DNA of 64,000 nt from an uncultured Desulfosarcina sp. (lineage in GTDB: Bacteria > Desulfobacterota > Desulfobacteria > Desulfobacterales > Desulfosarcinaceae): assembly GCA_963674945.2 (NCBI GenBank), contig CAXXWQ010000003.1, positions 1,920,001 through 1,984,000 of the forward strand. Reading direction: 5' to 3'. A program made the translations under genes and the position numbers. Positions 18,888-29,673 of the stretch are shown here, one piece after another; the first letter of the stretch is position 1; each line of letters opens with the position of its first letter. The notes below the pieces were generated by a model, which saw only the letters and a list, made by a program, of their open reading frames with translations, was not told where the DNA came from and did not search any database.

Positions 18888-19895
18888 TCACAAGGCTTCC
18901 CGTGCACGGTCGATGTTGTCGACGTCTCCCATGACGATCAGGGTCATTCCCGCCTCGATGACATAGGAACTGGGCGGCCGGAATTCAAATTTTCCATCTC
19001 GTCTCTGGACACCAAGCAAGAGGAGATTGAACTGGTCGCGAAGCCCCGATTTTATGATGGGCTTTCCCGCCAGGGAGGAGTGTTCGTCCACATGGATCTG
19101 GTTGATACGCAGGGCGCCACGCTCGCTTCGCACCAGGTTGTCCATGAATTCGACGGCAGCCGGCCGGATCATCTCCGAAGCCATACGAATGGCACCGATG
19201 GCGTTGGGGGAGACAACCGATGTGGCACCGGCCTTGAGCAGTTTGGGCTTCAGCCGGCTGTTGGTCATGCGGGTAATGATCCGCGCCGTGGTATTGAGCA
19301 TGCGGGCGGTCATGGTGATGTAGAGATTGTCGTTGTCCGACGGCAGACAGATGGTGATTCCCGTTGCCCGTTCGATTCCGGCGGCAATGAGGTTCTTGTC
19401 GTCGGTGGCATCGCCGAGAATAGAGTAGAGCCCCTTGTATTGGCGCGATTGTTCTATGACATTTTTATCCTGCTCGATCAGCACCACCTTGGCCTTGCTG
19501 GCGACCAGCTCCACGGCCAGGGGGAAACCGGTTTCCCCGCCCCCGCAGACGATGTAGTGGTCGGACAGGGCCTTGATCTTGTTCTCCATCTTTCTCCTCC
19601 TGAGCATGCCGGTCAGATCGCCTTCGATGAACATGGCCGTCACCGTAGAGATGCTGTACAGGATGATACCCATGCCCGATGTGATGAGCAGCATGGTAAA
19701 AATCTGGGCCGAGGGATTCCCCGTAACCCCCAGCACCTCACCGTATCCGACGGTCGTAAGGGTGATCACGGTCATGTAGAGGCAGTCCAGAAAGCTGGAC
19801 GTGCCGTCGAAAAGGATATAGTAGCCCACGCTTCCCACCAATAGGGTCGCAATGAGAATGACCACCGCGAAAATGAGACGGCTTCGGATTTCCAT
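18888..19895 (-). CDS. Potassium channel protein (two-TM pore plus RCK/TrkA-N and TrkA-C domains)
   Basis: TTVGYG selectivity filter; HYIVCGGG; GDATD. Confidence 0.92.
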   Translation of the reverse strand: MEIRSRLIFAVVILIATLLVGSVGYYILFDGTSSFLDCLYMTVITLTTVGYGEVLGVTGNPSAQIFTMLLITSGMGIILYSISTVTAMFIEGDLTGMLRRRKMENKIKALSDHYIVCGGGETGFPLAVELVASKAKVVLIEQDKNVIEQSRQYKGLYSILGDATDDKNLIAAGIERATGITICLPSDNDNLYITMTARMLNTTARIITRMTNSRLKPKLLKAGATSVVSPNAIGAIRMASEMIRPAAVEFMDNLVRSERGALRINQIHVDEHSSLAGKPIIKSGLRDQFNLLLLGVQRRDGKFEFRPPSSYVIEAGMTLIVMGDVDNIDRAREAL

Positions 19896-19897
19896 GA

Positions 19898-20545
19898 TTA
19901 TTTCGAACTCGAACGGACACCGCAGACGTGAGCCAGGGCCGCGGCGGCCGCAGTTGGATTAGGAACGCGGGTGATACAACTGATCACGGCGAGTCCCGCC
20001 GCACCGCATTGGAAACACGCGGCACCGTTTTCCGGCCCGATTCCGCCGATGGCCACAACGGGAACCGGAGAATGGTGGACGATCTCCCTGAGACCTGCCA
20101 GCCCGCCAACGGGCTTGGCATCGGTCTTGGTATCGGTCGGAAAGGTGGGCCCCGTTCCGATGTAATCGCAATGGGATAGATCGGTTCGTTTCAATTCGGC
20201 CATGGTGGAAACCGACACGCCCACGATGGCGTCCGGCCCTAAGACCTGCCTTGCCAACACCGGTGCGTCGTCATCCTGTCCCACGTGAACCCCATCGGCA
20301 CCAACGGCCTTGGCCAGCAAAACGTTATCGTTCACGATAAAAGGAATACCGGCATCTTTGCACACCCGGCGAATGGAAACGACCTCGTCGAATCGGTCCA
20401 GGGCGAAGGACTTGTTGCGATACTGGATCATGGTGGCACCGGCGGCCATGACCAGGCACACCTGATCCAATGGGAAAAAGCCTTCGACCTTTTCATCGGT
20501 GATGAAGTAAAACCTGACGGCGTCTCGGATTCTTTTCGGGTGCAT
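19898..20545 (-). CDS. thiE: Thiamine-phosphate synthase
   Basis: QYRNK, FIVND, DGVHVGQDD, GPTFPTDTK and VAIGGI motifs. Confidence 0.92.
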   Translation of the reverse strand: MHPKRIRDAVRFYFITDEKVEGFFPLDQVCLVMAAGATMIQYRNKSFALDRFDEVVSIRRVCKDAGIPFIVNDNVLLAKAVGADGVHVGQDDDAPVLARQVLGPDAIVGVSVSTMAELKRTDLSHCDYIGTGPTFPTDTKTDAKPVGGLAGLREIVHHSPVPVVAIGGIGPENGAACFQCGAAGLAVISCITRVPNPTAAAAALAHVCGVRSSSK

Positions 20546-20598
20546 GGCAAAATAACCGAATTCAACTTTTCACTGCTTCTCAATAAGACCCAATATGG

Positions 20599-21168
20599 TT
20601 ACTGCGGGGACCGGGTCAGCGCATGGTGCAGTTCCATAAAACGTTTCGCCTCTTCCGGCCCATACCTGGCCAGTCCCGCCGTGATCTCCTCGGTGGACTT
20701 TTCACGGCCACCATTTTTTCCCTTGGAAAAAAACTTGTCCGCATAGCAGACGATACGTTCCTCAACGGTAGAGGGCACCATATCCCGGACGGGCAAGGGC
20801 AACCGGCGTCGCAGGACCTGTTCCGCCCTGATTCCCACGCCCACATGGCTCTCGCAGACCCGACCGTGGGCAGTCAGCCCCACGTCGCCTAACATCCGCT
20901 TTCCTTCGACGCCATGACAAAGGTAAGGAAGTTCCCCCGTGCACCCCAACTCCGGGCACCGGGTACGGCCGATACCGATATCGTGGAGCATGGCCGCCTC
21001 GAGCACGAAGACGCGGTCCGGCTTCAGCCATTGGGCATGGTCCATCACATCCAGGGCTTTTTGGGCCACCTGTTCCCCGTGACGGAGCAATAGATCCCGT
21101 ATACGGCTGCCCGCCGGATAGATCTCGGTAATGACCGCTTCGGCGTCGACGGTACCCGATGGTCTCAT
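20599..21168 (-). CDS. HD-domain metal-dependent phosphohydrolase
   Basis: H..QVA, MLHDIG, HGVEG, ESHVG and YADKF motifs; start overlaps the prfB stop. Confidence 0.85.
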   Translation of the reverse strand: MRPSGTVDAEAVITEIYPAGSRIRDLLLRHGEQVAQKALDVMDHAQWLKPDRVFVLEAAMLHDIGIGRTRCPELGCTGELPYLCHGVEGKRMLGDVGLTAHGRVCESHVGVGIRAEQVLRRRLPLPVRDMVPSTVEERIVCYADKFFSKGKNGGREKSTEEITAGLARYGPEEAKRFMELHHALTRSPQ

Positions 21169-22278
21169 CAGCGTTTTCCGTTCGCCTTGCCCGACAGCAA
21201 CACGCCCTCGATGAAAATATCGATGTCGCCATCCAAGACGCCGTTTATATTTCCCACGTCCAGGCCGATGCGGTGATCCTTGACCATCTGGTAGGGATGC
21301 AGGACGTAGGAACGGATCTGACTTCCCCATGCGATGTCGTCCTTGCCATCGTGGATCTGCTGCATCTTCTCATCCTGTTTGCGTTTTTCCGCCTCGTACA
21401 ACCTGGACTTGAGAACCTTCATGGCCATGTCCTTGTTCCGGTGTTGGGATTTCTCCTGCTGGCACTGGACGACGATGCCCGTGGGAAGATGGGTAATGCG
21501 AACGGCGCTGGACGTTTTGTTGACGTGCTGCCCGCCCGCACCACTGGCCCGGAACACGTCGATACGAAGATCCTTTTCCGCAACGTCGATCTCGATGGTG
21601 TTGTCCAGTTCAGGATAGACAAATACGGAAGCAAACGAGGTGTGGCGTTTGCCGCTGGCGTTAAAAGGAGAAATTCTCACGAGTCGATGCACGCCGGTCT
21701 CGGACTTGAGATACCCGTAGGCGTATTGTCCCGTGGCGGTAAATGTGACACCTTTGATACCCGCCTCCTCCCCGGGTTGAAAATCGATGATGGTCGTTTT
21801 GAATCCCTTTGCGTCGACCCATCTTGCGTACATGCGAAACAGCATTTCCGCCCAGTCCTGGGCTTCCGTGCCGCCTGCGCCGGCATTGATGGAGATGATG
21901 GCATTGTTCTGGTCGTCGGGGCCGTCCAGCATTAAATTCAGCGAAAATCTGTGAATCCGCTTCTCCAGTTCACCGATTTGATCCGACACTTCCGACAGGG
22001 TATCCGTATCGGACTCTTCGATGGCCAATTCCATGAGGATTGCCGTATCCTCCAGGTCCTTTTCCAATTCGTTGAACGCGTCGATCCGCTGACCGAGCAG
22101 TGTTCGTTCTTTTAGGATCGTGGTGGTGGCGTCGGGATCATCCCAGAAACCGTTTCGGGCGATCTCCGCTTCGATCTCCTGGAGTCTTTTTTTCTGGCTG
22201 CCCAGGTCAAAGATACTCCTTTAGCTGTTCAAGCTTTTCTTTGTGCTCTTTCAATGTCTGTTTGGCTTCGGAACTCAT
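21168..22278 (-). CDS. prfB: Peptide chain release factor 2 with programmed +1 frameshift
   Basis: SPF and GGQ motifs; 23-codon first frame MSSEAK..KEYL followed by AGGAG-TAT-CTT-TGA-C at 22220-22206. Confidence 0.95.
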
Positions 22279-22281
22279 GGT

Positions 22282-23919
22282 TTATCTCCTTTTTCCAGCC
22301 AATCGGCCGACGATTTGTTGTAAACGGTGGGGAAGCCGAAGGCCAGATAAGACGCTTGCCTCCCGTCTGCGCTGGATTACGTCCCTTGCAAGGAAAATGC
22401 AAAGGAACAACAGGCTCGCCTGGGGCATCAGATCGCCGATACTGGTATAGATGGTACGATCGGCAAGAATGGGGACACGTTCAGACACCACGGCATCTTC
22501 GAACAGGGCTGTCTGCGCAGCGATTCGTCCCGTTGGATCCACGAATCCGCTGATTCCCGTGTTGGCGCATCGTACAAGACTCCTGCGATTTTCCACGGCG
22601 CGAAACACCGTCATGGAAAAATGCTGATAGGCGGCGGCGCTTTTTCCGAACCAGGCGTCGTTTGTCAAATTGACAAGCACACCGGCACCATTTTTCGCCA
22701 GGGAACGGGAAAGTCCGGGAAAAATGATTTCAAAACAGATCTGGACGCCGATCTTGGTCTTTTCATCTATCCAATTGAGCGTTCTCCCCTTCTCTCCGGC
22801 CGAAAAATCCCCAACCTGGGCCACCATCTTGCCCGCGAAGAAAAGAAGGCGCTTTAACGGCACATATTCACCGAAGGGAACCAGATGCACCTTGTCGTAG
22901 CGTTGGTCGATCTTTCCTTGCGGTGTAACCATGTACGCACTGTTATAGTAATTCCGTTCATCGGCCGTCCGTTGCATGCGGGGACTTCCCACCAGAAGAT
23001 AAGCACCTGTCTTCTTGGCGGCATCGGTGACCAGCCGCGTGAGTTTGGGACTCGCCCCCAGGTAAAAGGGGGTCGCCGTCTCGGGCCAGACCACGAGTTT
23101 CGGATCATGTTCGGATGCAGCTATGGTCATGTCCACATATTTTTTCGTGGTGCTGATCTGAAATGCCGGGTGCCATTTGATCGCCTGTTCGATATTTCCC
23201 TGAACAAGGGCGACACCGTAGGATTTCACCTCGGTCATTTCGGCTTTTACCGCATCCAGTCGCCTGGTTCCATAGGAAACCACGAAAACCATCAAAATCA
23301 GGCATATGGCAACATTTTGAACCAGCAGCCACCTGTCCATCGATTGTCCCTGCCATTTTTTCCCGGCAACGTGCCCCACCATGACATAAACGGCTGCATT
23401 GACGGCCACCACGACAAAAGAGACGCCATATACACCAAATATATCGGCTATCTGAATAACATGCAACCAATGGGACTGGGAGTACCCGACGAGCCCCCAG
23501 GGAAACCCCGAAAACATAAATCCCCTGGCATACTCCAGCGCCACCCAGAACACGGGAGCCAACAGTACGAGGTACGCGGGCTTCCGGCAGAAACGGACCA
23601 GCACCATGGCAAAAAGGCCGGTGTAGAGGGAAAGATAGGTGGCCAGAAGCAGCAAAAGTGTGAAACACAGCCACCACGGTAAAAAACCATAGTGATGCAT
23701 GGTGTAAATCACCCAGTACAACAGGGAGAGGAAATGGGCCAGACCGGCGACCATGCCGATTCGGAATGCACTTTTGGGAGAGACATCCCTCAAAGCGAAA
23801 AACAGCGGCACCAGGGCGAACCAGGCCAGGACGGAGAGTCCCAGTTTGGGGAAGGCCGTCGTCAGGATCAACCCACTCACCGTGGCAAGCCGCCATTTTG
23901 ATTTCACCGAAATGAGCAT
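22282..23919 (-). CDS. lnt: Apolipoprotein N-acyltransferase
   Basis: GFPWG, VWPETA, YDKVHLVPFGEY, ICFEIIF and TNDAWFG motifs. Confidence 0.95.
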   Translation of the reverse strand: MLISVKSKWRLATVSGLILTTAFPKLGLSVLAWFALVPLFFALRDVSPKSAFRIGMVAGLAHFLSLLYWVIYTMHHYGFLPWWLCFTLLLLLATYLSLYTGLFAMVLVRFCRKPAYLVLLAPVFWVALEYARGFMFSGFPWGLVGYSQSHWLHVIQIADIFGVYGVSFVVVAVNAAVYVMVGHVAGKKWQGQSMDRWLLVQNVAICLILMVFVVSYGTRRLDAVKAEMTEVKSYGVALVQGNIEQAIKWHPAFQISTTKKYVDMTIAASEHDPKLVVWPETATPFYLGASPKLTRLVTDAAKKTGAYLLVGSPRMQRTADERNYYNSAYMVTPQGKIDQRYDKVHLVPFGEYVPLKRLLFFAGKMVAQVGDFSAGEKGRTLNWIDEKTKIGVQICFEIIFPGLSRSLAKNGAGVLVNLTNDAWFGKSAAAYQHFSMTVFRAVENRRSLVRCANTGISGFVDPTGRIAAQTALFEDAVVSERVPILADRTIYTSIGDLMPQASLLFLCIFLARDVIQRRREASVLSGLRLPHRLQQIVGRLAGKRR

Positions 23920-23923
23920 GATA

Positions 23924-24448
23924 TCAACGTTGTCCGATTGACTCGTTCAGGTACTGCCGAACCGCGGAAATGGTATGGGAAAACATCTTGGAACCCGCCA
24001 AAATGGCCAGAGCATCGTCACGCCCACCGCAATGTTCGGCAAATGCCGGACCGATCGCCATGGCCGGTTCCTGGATTTGCCCGGCCGCATCCAGTTCATG
24101 GATATATCCATTGAGGCGTTGCCTGAGAAGGTCGAAATAGTCGATATCCGTACCCACGGTCAAGGATGCCGATACAGACAAGGTCGCGGAAAAATTTCGG
24201 ACATGCTCCCAGTAATTTTCTCCCAAGGGGTTTTTCAGATCATCTTCCGCCAGGAAAAAGGCGATGGCCCAACCAACCGAGACGATCCGAAGAAGTTGGA
24301 TCTCGTATTCAAGGATCGCGCGCCGTTCCGGCTCCGTTACGGGAAGGGTGCGCAAGATGGCGTTCATGTCGCCACGATCGATGGCGAATTGAAACAGCTG
24401 CTCACCGGCACGCTCAATCCATGCATTTATCTCATCGAGGGAGGGCAT
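23924..24448 (-). CDS. Hypothetical protein
   Basis: ORF of about 174 aa co-oriented with and abutting lnt; start uncertain. Confidence 0.6.
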   Translation of the reverse strand: MPSLDEINAWIERAGEQLFQFAIDRGDMNAILRTLPVTEPERRAILEYEIQLLRIVSVGWAIAFFLAEDDLKNPLGENYWEHVRNFSATLSVSASLTVGTDIDYFDLLRQRLNGYIHELDAAGQIQEPAMAIGPAFAEHCGGRDDALAILAGSKMFSHTISAVRQYLNESIGQR

Positions 24449-24554
24449 CGAACCTTCCACCCAAATTGAGCGATTAGCTGTTAGCCAATTGCTAAAGGCT
24501 AACCGCTCACCTTGGGAATAACAATATGTTATTGGCACACCAAGCGCCAATCCC

Positions 24555-25670
24555 CTACTCTTTGGCCAGAATAATGTTGAGCATCCGCCGCAACGGTTCG
24601 GCAGCCCCCCACAGAAGCTGGTCGCCGACGGTAAAAGCGGTCAGGTAGTGCGGGCCCAAGATCATCTTTCGAATTCGTCCCACGGCAACGGTCAACGTGC
24701 CCGACACCGCCGCCGGACTCAAATGCGCCAACGTGGCCGACTTTTCGTTCGGCACCACCGCTACCCACCGGTTGGCCGAGGCGATGGCGTTTTCAATCTC
24801 TTCCAGGGCAATGTCATCGGTAAGCTTGATGGTCACCGCCTGGCTGTGACAACGCATCGCCCCCACACGAACGCATTGGCCGTCGATGACGAAGGGATTT
24901 TCCGTACGACCCAAAATCTTGTTGGTCTCCACCATTCCCTTCCACTCCTCCCGGGTCTGGCCATTGTCCATGGCCCGGTCGATCCAGGGAATGAGACTGG
25001 CAGCCAGGGGCGCACCGAAGTACTCAATGGGAAAATCCGTTTGCGCCAAGGTTTGGGAAATCTGCCGGTCAATCTCCAAAATGGAGGTCGCCGGATCTGC
25101 CATCATTTCCTTGGCACTGTCACCCAGCCGACCCATTTGCGCGACCAGCTCCCGCATGTTGTTGGCACCCGCACCCGATGCGCTCTGGTACGTCATGGTG
25201 CTTATCCACTCGACCCAGCCTTTTTCGAACAGACCCCCCAATGCCATGAGCATCAAGGAAACAGTGCAATTGCCGCCGATATAATCCTTGATGCCGCGCT
25301 CCAGGGCCGCGTCGATCACGTGACGGTTGACCGGATCCAGGACGATGACGCTGTCTTCTGCCATCCGCAGGGTGGATGCGGCATCGATCCAATATCCACC
25401 CCACCCCGCTTGGCGCAATCTTGGATGAATCTCTTGCGTATACCCACCACCCTGACAGGAAACGATGATCTTCATCTCGGCCAATTTGCCAATATCCTTT
25501 GCATCCATCACCGGCTGGGCCCCTTTACCGACGTCCGGTCCGGGTTTGCCGGCTTGGGAGGTGGAGAAAAAAAACGGATCGAAACCGGAAAAGTCCTTTT
25601 CCATTCTCATCCGATCCATCAGGACCGATCCTACCATCCCCCGCCATCCGACGATACCGACACTGACCAT
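24555..25670 (-). CDS. asd: Aspartate-semialdehyde dehydrogenase
   Basis: GWRGMVGS, GGNCTVSLM, SGAGA and DQLLWGAAEP motifs. Confidence 0.97.
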   Translation of the reverse strand: MVSVGIVGWRGMVGSVLMDRMRMEKDFSGFDPFFFSTSQAGKPGPDVGKGAQPVMDAKDIGKLAEMKIIVSCQGGGYTQEIHPRLRQAGWGGYWIDAASTLRMAEDSVIVLDPVNRHVIDAALERGIKDYIGGNCTVSLMLMALGGLFEKGWVEWISTMTYQSASGAGANNMRELVAQMGRLGDSAKEMMADPATSILEIDRQISQTLAQTDFPIEYFGAPLAASLIPWIDRAMDNGQTREEWKGMVETNKILGRTENPFVIDGQCVRVGAMRCHSQAVTIKLTDDIALEEIENAIASANRWVAVVPNEKSATLAHLSPAAVSGTLTVAVGRIRKMILGPHYLTAFTVGDQLLWGAAEPLRRMLNIILAKE

Positions 25671-26200
25671 TTTTTCGACTCCTTTTTCTCTTAAGATGAA
25701 ACTTTTTAGATAAGTCGCAGGTACGTCACTTGTCAAGGTCAATCCATCTTTGGGTCAGGACAACCGCATTTTTATCTAAGGCAACCATAGGGGAAAAAAT
25801 GGACGCCATCGGATGAGTTGAAAGACCGGAATCATCGGATAGAATGCAAATACAGCAGATTCACCGGGAAAGGCCGGTCCACTGCCCCACATGGGAAAAC
25901 AGGCCGATTGCCCAACATCCTCTTGAAATTTCGTCGTCCAACCGATAAGACGCCAACGTTCTGGATTCGTTTCAGGCGAAAGAGTTCATTGCCATTCATG
26001 ATGGTTTCAGAAAAAATAATGAGTTGACCTGATCGAAAACCATGAAAATAATGTCCCTTGATTTCAACGATAGAAAGGCACCCTAGTTATCGGCTAACAT
26101 AACTGCGTCAGACTGGTCCATCGCCACAATCAGCAAAACACCCAAAGAATATGGAAACAGCATTCTTATAGAAATGATTCGGGAAGAAGGAGTATCTGTG

Positions 26201-26557
26201 ATGACCACCAAATTTTACTGCAACAGCGCGACATGCACCCACAGGGAAAAGGGACCATTCGTTTTCGAATTGGCCCAAGAGGCGGTAATGGATGGAAATA
26301 ACCTGGCCACGATCTTCTGCCCACGGTGCCGTAAACCCATGCGACCGCTGATAACGGATCCTGACCAAAGTGGGGGCAACAATCGGTTCTTCTGTCACAA
26401 CGACAAATGCAGCAGCGACCAGCGGGGCCTGTTCTTCATCGATCTGCCCGAAGAAGCGGTAATGGACCAGAACAACCTGGCCACGATCTTTTGCCCGAAG
26501 TGCGGCCGAAAGATGACGCCTTGCGGGAAAAAAGCCCCCAAAGCCGTTAATTTTTAA
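26201..26557 (+). CDS. Small protein with two tandem zinc-ribbon-like repeats
   Basis: Two copies of F.C....C...F...L..EAVMD.NNLATIFCP.C...M. Confidence 0.75.
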   Translation: MTTKFYCNSATCTHREKGPFVFELAQEAVMDGNNLATIFCPRCRKPMRPLITDPDQSGGNNRFFCHNDKCSSDQRGLFFIDLPEEAVMDQNNLATIFCPKCGRKMTPCGKKAPKAVNF

Positions 26558-26662
26558 TGGCATTTGACAATCCGGACGAGGACTGGCAATATCGATTTGA
26601 AAAAAGTGGTGACTTGCATGAAAAACAATTAACATACAAGGTTTGGGCACATTCCCTCTCCG

Positions 26663-28735
26663 GTGAAATCACGATTCCGATTTCTATTTGCTCTCTTTTT
26701 CCTGTATGCGTTGTCGACTGCCTCCGATGCCGACGCCATGCAACGCATCGTTGTCGGCATTACCGAAAATCCACCGTTTGCTTTCATGGACCCGGATGGC
26801 GAGGCGAACGGCCTGTGTGTGGAAATCATCAATCACGTCGCCGCCGAGACCGGGTGGAAGATCGTGTACCAACCTTGCTCCGGCGCCCAGTGCATACAAC
26901 GTCTGAAAAAGGGTTCCATCGACCTGTTACCGGGGATTCCCGCAGCCTTCGCTTCGAAAGAGACCTGTCTGGTCGGCAAGGAAGTGATTGCCACCGACTG
27001 GGGCCAACTGGTTGTCCACCGGGATCACACCTCTTTTGATATCCTCGATCTGAACGGCAGGAAGGTGGCCGCGGTACGATCCGACCCCTATTTTCATTCC
27101 CTGCAGACCATTTTGCGCGGCTTCGACATCCGCCCCGAATTCGTCTGGTTGGATGATTACCCAAAGGTGCTGGACTGCGTCCAGAAGAAAGAGGCGGATG
27201 CGGGAATCGTATCCCACCTTTTCGGTCGGCGTTCCGCTAAACAAATGGCCATGGGCACCCCCCCCATCCGATTCGGCCCCACACCATACTATTTCGCCGT
27301 CGCCAAAAAAAAACGTAATATTTCGGTGCTCACGACGCTGGACAGTCATTTACGGTCGCTTCGGTCGGATCCCGGATCCTTTTATTATCATGCTTTGCGC
27401 CGCTGGACCGAACCCGAAGGAGATGGATCGTCTTTTCTCGGCCCCAAGACCTTGCGAAACATTGGAATTATTGCCGGCATCATGGTTCTGCTGGGTATCG
27501 GCGGCACAATGGCGAGGAAAAAGCGCAAACATCGAATCATCGCCCTGGAAAATACCATCGCCGCCCAGGAGAAAATTGAAAGTGAATTGGCTGTCGCCCG
27601 GGAAATCCAGCTTCAACTGATACCGGACAATTTTATGTCGTCCCGGAGAAAAGAGATCGACATTTTCGCCTGCATCGAACCGGCGCGGGACGTCGGCGGC
27701 GATTTTTACGACTATTTTTTCATCGACAGGGATTCCTTTTGCGTCGTCATCGGGGACGTTTCCGGCAAGGGCGTACCCGCGGCACTGTTCATGGCAATGA
27801 CCAAAACCATGATCAAATCCACGACGCGCCTGTTGATGGCACCCGAATATATCCTTGCCGAAGTAAACAGGGAAATATCCACAAACAACCCTTCGTCGAC
27901 ATTCGTTACGGTATTTTTGGCAATCCTGGACCTGAACTCCGGGGACATGGCCTACGCCAGTGCCGGACACAATCCGCCCCTGTTCATCGGCGAGAAGGGA
28001 AACACGGTTCTTCTCGGCGAGGCGCAATGTCCGGCCATCGGCCTGGATGAAAATTCCTCATACCGGCAAGCCTCGATTCACCTGCGTCACAAGGAAGGCC
28101 TTTTGCTTTACACCGACGGCGTCACCGAGGCCCAGGATGAAAAGGGCCGACTGTTCACCCAAGAATCGCTGATGAATACCGTCTCCTTGACGGCAAATCT
28201 GTCATCCAAGGATCGAATCGGTGCAATCATGAAGCGGATTCGAGAATTTTCAAACGATCGCCCCCTGGAAGACGACCTCACCTTGCTGGCCTTGACCTAC
28301 TTTTCCCCGGATCTCGTCGGAGACACCGTCAAGACCATCGTGGTGAAAAACGATATCACGGAGATGGACAGAATCGTCGAGGCGATCAACCAGGTCGCCA
28401 AAGCGGTGGAATGCCCACCGGTGGTGGTCCATGACGTCACCTTGGCCATGGAGGAGATATTCTCCAATATCGTCTTCTATGGGTTCGGTGATGAACTTCG
28501 CCACGACATCACCCTGGTCCTGTGTATCGAAGAAGAGATGCTGACCCTGACCCTTCAGGACGAAGGCATCCCCTTCAACCCCCTCAATGTCCAGACCGGA
28601 TCCCAGGATACTCCCTTCGAGGACCGGGACAAGGGGGGCATGGGAATCATCCTGGCAAAAAAACTCATGGACCGTATCGAATACCGCCGGGAACGCGGCA
28701 GAAACATCTTACGAATGGAAAAGCATTTTCGATAA
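26663..28735 (+). CDS. Sensor PP2C/SpoIIE phosphatase with periplasmic binding domain and C-terminal RsbW-like HATPase
   Basis: PBP domain, TM helix, VGGDFYD, GDVSGKG, YTDGVTEA, DDLT, then EEIFSNIV..DEGIPFNP..GGMGI. Confidence 0.9.
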   Translation: MKSRFRFLFALFFLYALSTASDADAMQRIVVGITENPPFAFMDPDGEANGLCVEIINHVAAETGWKIVYQPCSGAQCIQRLKKGSIDLLPGIPAAFASKETCLVGKEVIATDWGQLVVHRDHTSFDILDLNGRKVAAVRSDPYFHSLQTILRGFDIRPEFVWLDDYPKVLDCVQKKEADAGIVSHLFGRRSAKQMAMGTPPIRFGPTPYYFAVAKKKRNISVLTTLDSHLRSLRSDPGSFYYHALRRWTEPEGDGSSFLGPKTLRNIGIIAGIMVLLGIGGTMARKKRKHRIIALENTIAAQEKIESELAVAREIQLQLIPDNFMSSRRKEIDIFACIEPARDVGGDFYDYFFIDRDSFCVVIGDVSGKGVPAALFMAMTKTMIKSTTRLLMAPEYILAEVNREISTNNPSSTFVTVFLAILDLNSGDMAYASAGHNPPLFIGEKGNTVLLGEAQCPAIGLDENSSYRQASIHLRHKEGLLLYTDGVTEAQDEKGRLFTQESLMNTVSLTANLSSKDRIGAIMKRIREFSNDRPLEDDLTLLALTYFSPDLVGDTVKTIVVKNDITEMDRIVEAINQVAKAVECPPVVVHDVTLAMEEIFSNIVFYGFGDELRHDITLVLCIEEEMLTLTLQDEGIPFNPLNVQTGSQDTPFEDRDKGGMGIILAKKLMDRIEYRRERGRNILRMEKHFR

Positions 28736-28743
28736 GGAGAGAA

Positions 28744-29115
28744 ATGGCCCTACAAGTAACATCCAGGCAGAAAATGGACGGGGTATACATCCTTGCGCCT
28801 TCGGGCCGGCTGGATACCAATACCTATGTGCTGCTGGAAGAACGCGTATCGACTGTTCTCGCACAGAACCCACACACGCTGGTATTCGACATGGAGATGG
28901 TGGACTATATCTCCAGCATGGGCGTTCGCGTGATCGCCAAGGCACAAAAGACCATGAAAGGTTACGGGGGAAAGGTTGTGCTGGTAAACATGCAACCCCA
29001 GATTCAAAAAGTGTTCGACATCATCAAGGCGCTGCCGTCCCGACAGATATTCACCAGCATGGAAGAGCTGGATGATTATCTGGATCGGATGCAACGTAAG
29101 ATTACCGGCGCCTGA
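28744..29115 (+). CDS. STAS-domain anti-anti-sigma factor
   Basis: GRLDT...VDYISSMGVR (phospho-Ser motif). Confidence 0.88.
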   Translation: MALQVTSRQKMDGVYILAPSGRLDTNTYVLLEERVSTVLAQNPHTLVFDMEMVDYISSMGVRVIAKAQKTMKGYGGKVVLVNMQPQIQKVFDIIKALPSRQIFTSMEELDDYLDRMQRKITGA

Positions 29116-29354
29116 TCCCGGGGGAGCCGCATTTGGGATCTTACTGGTCATATGGTAAACCGACAGCGTAAGAGAAACGTGCCGCAATACGAAACCAGAG
29201 AGGTCTGAATGCGACCACCCAGTGAATACCACGGTGTCACCTTGACACATCACATCGATGGGGGATACAACCTGCACCGGTACAAGCCCAACCATCCACG
29301 GAACGCCGTTGGGTAGAACAATGAAAATCCTCGGCGAACAAAGGGGAAAAGGAC

Positions 29355-29645
29355 ATGACAACTGATCCCGCTACCTGGTTGTATGTGGTGATCCAGAAGG
29401 ACGGCATGGAGGAACGGATCGTCGGGCAGACCGACGCCGAACATGACATCTCCTACATTCCCGCTTTCAGGAAAAAGGAGGAGGCCCAGCAAGCCATGCT
29501 CCATCTCCATCTGGAAAGAAAAAGCAAATACGAAGTCCAGGCCATGATCTACGAAGATCTGATCGACCACGCGGTGAAAGAAGGATTTGTCATCTTCGTG
29601 CTCGACGAAGAAGGCAAGGTGTTGGAGCGCCTCCCGTCCCAATGA
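29355..29645 (+). CDS. Hypothetical protein
   Basis: RBS AAGGA; 96-aa ORF. Confidence 0.6.
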   Translation: MTTDPATWLYVVIQKDGMEERIVGQTDAEHDISYIPAFRKKEEAQQAMLHLHLERKSKYEVQAMIYEDLIDHAVKEGFVIFVLDEEGKVLERLPSQ

Positions 29646-29673
29646 GTGAGGCAAAAATTGACGGACCGTTGAC

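Noticed and set aside
21168..22278. prfB as a truncated gene or pseudogene
   Set aside because: The canonical programmed frameshift site restores the full protein
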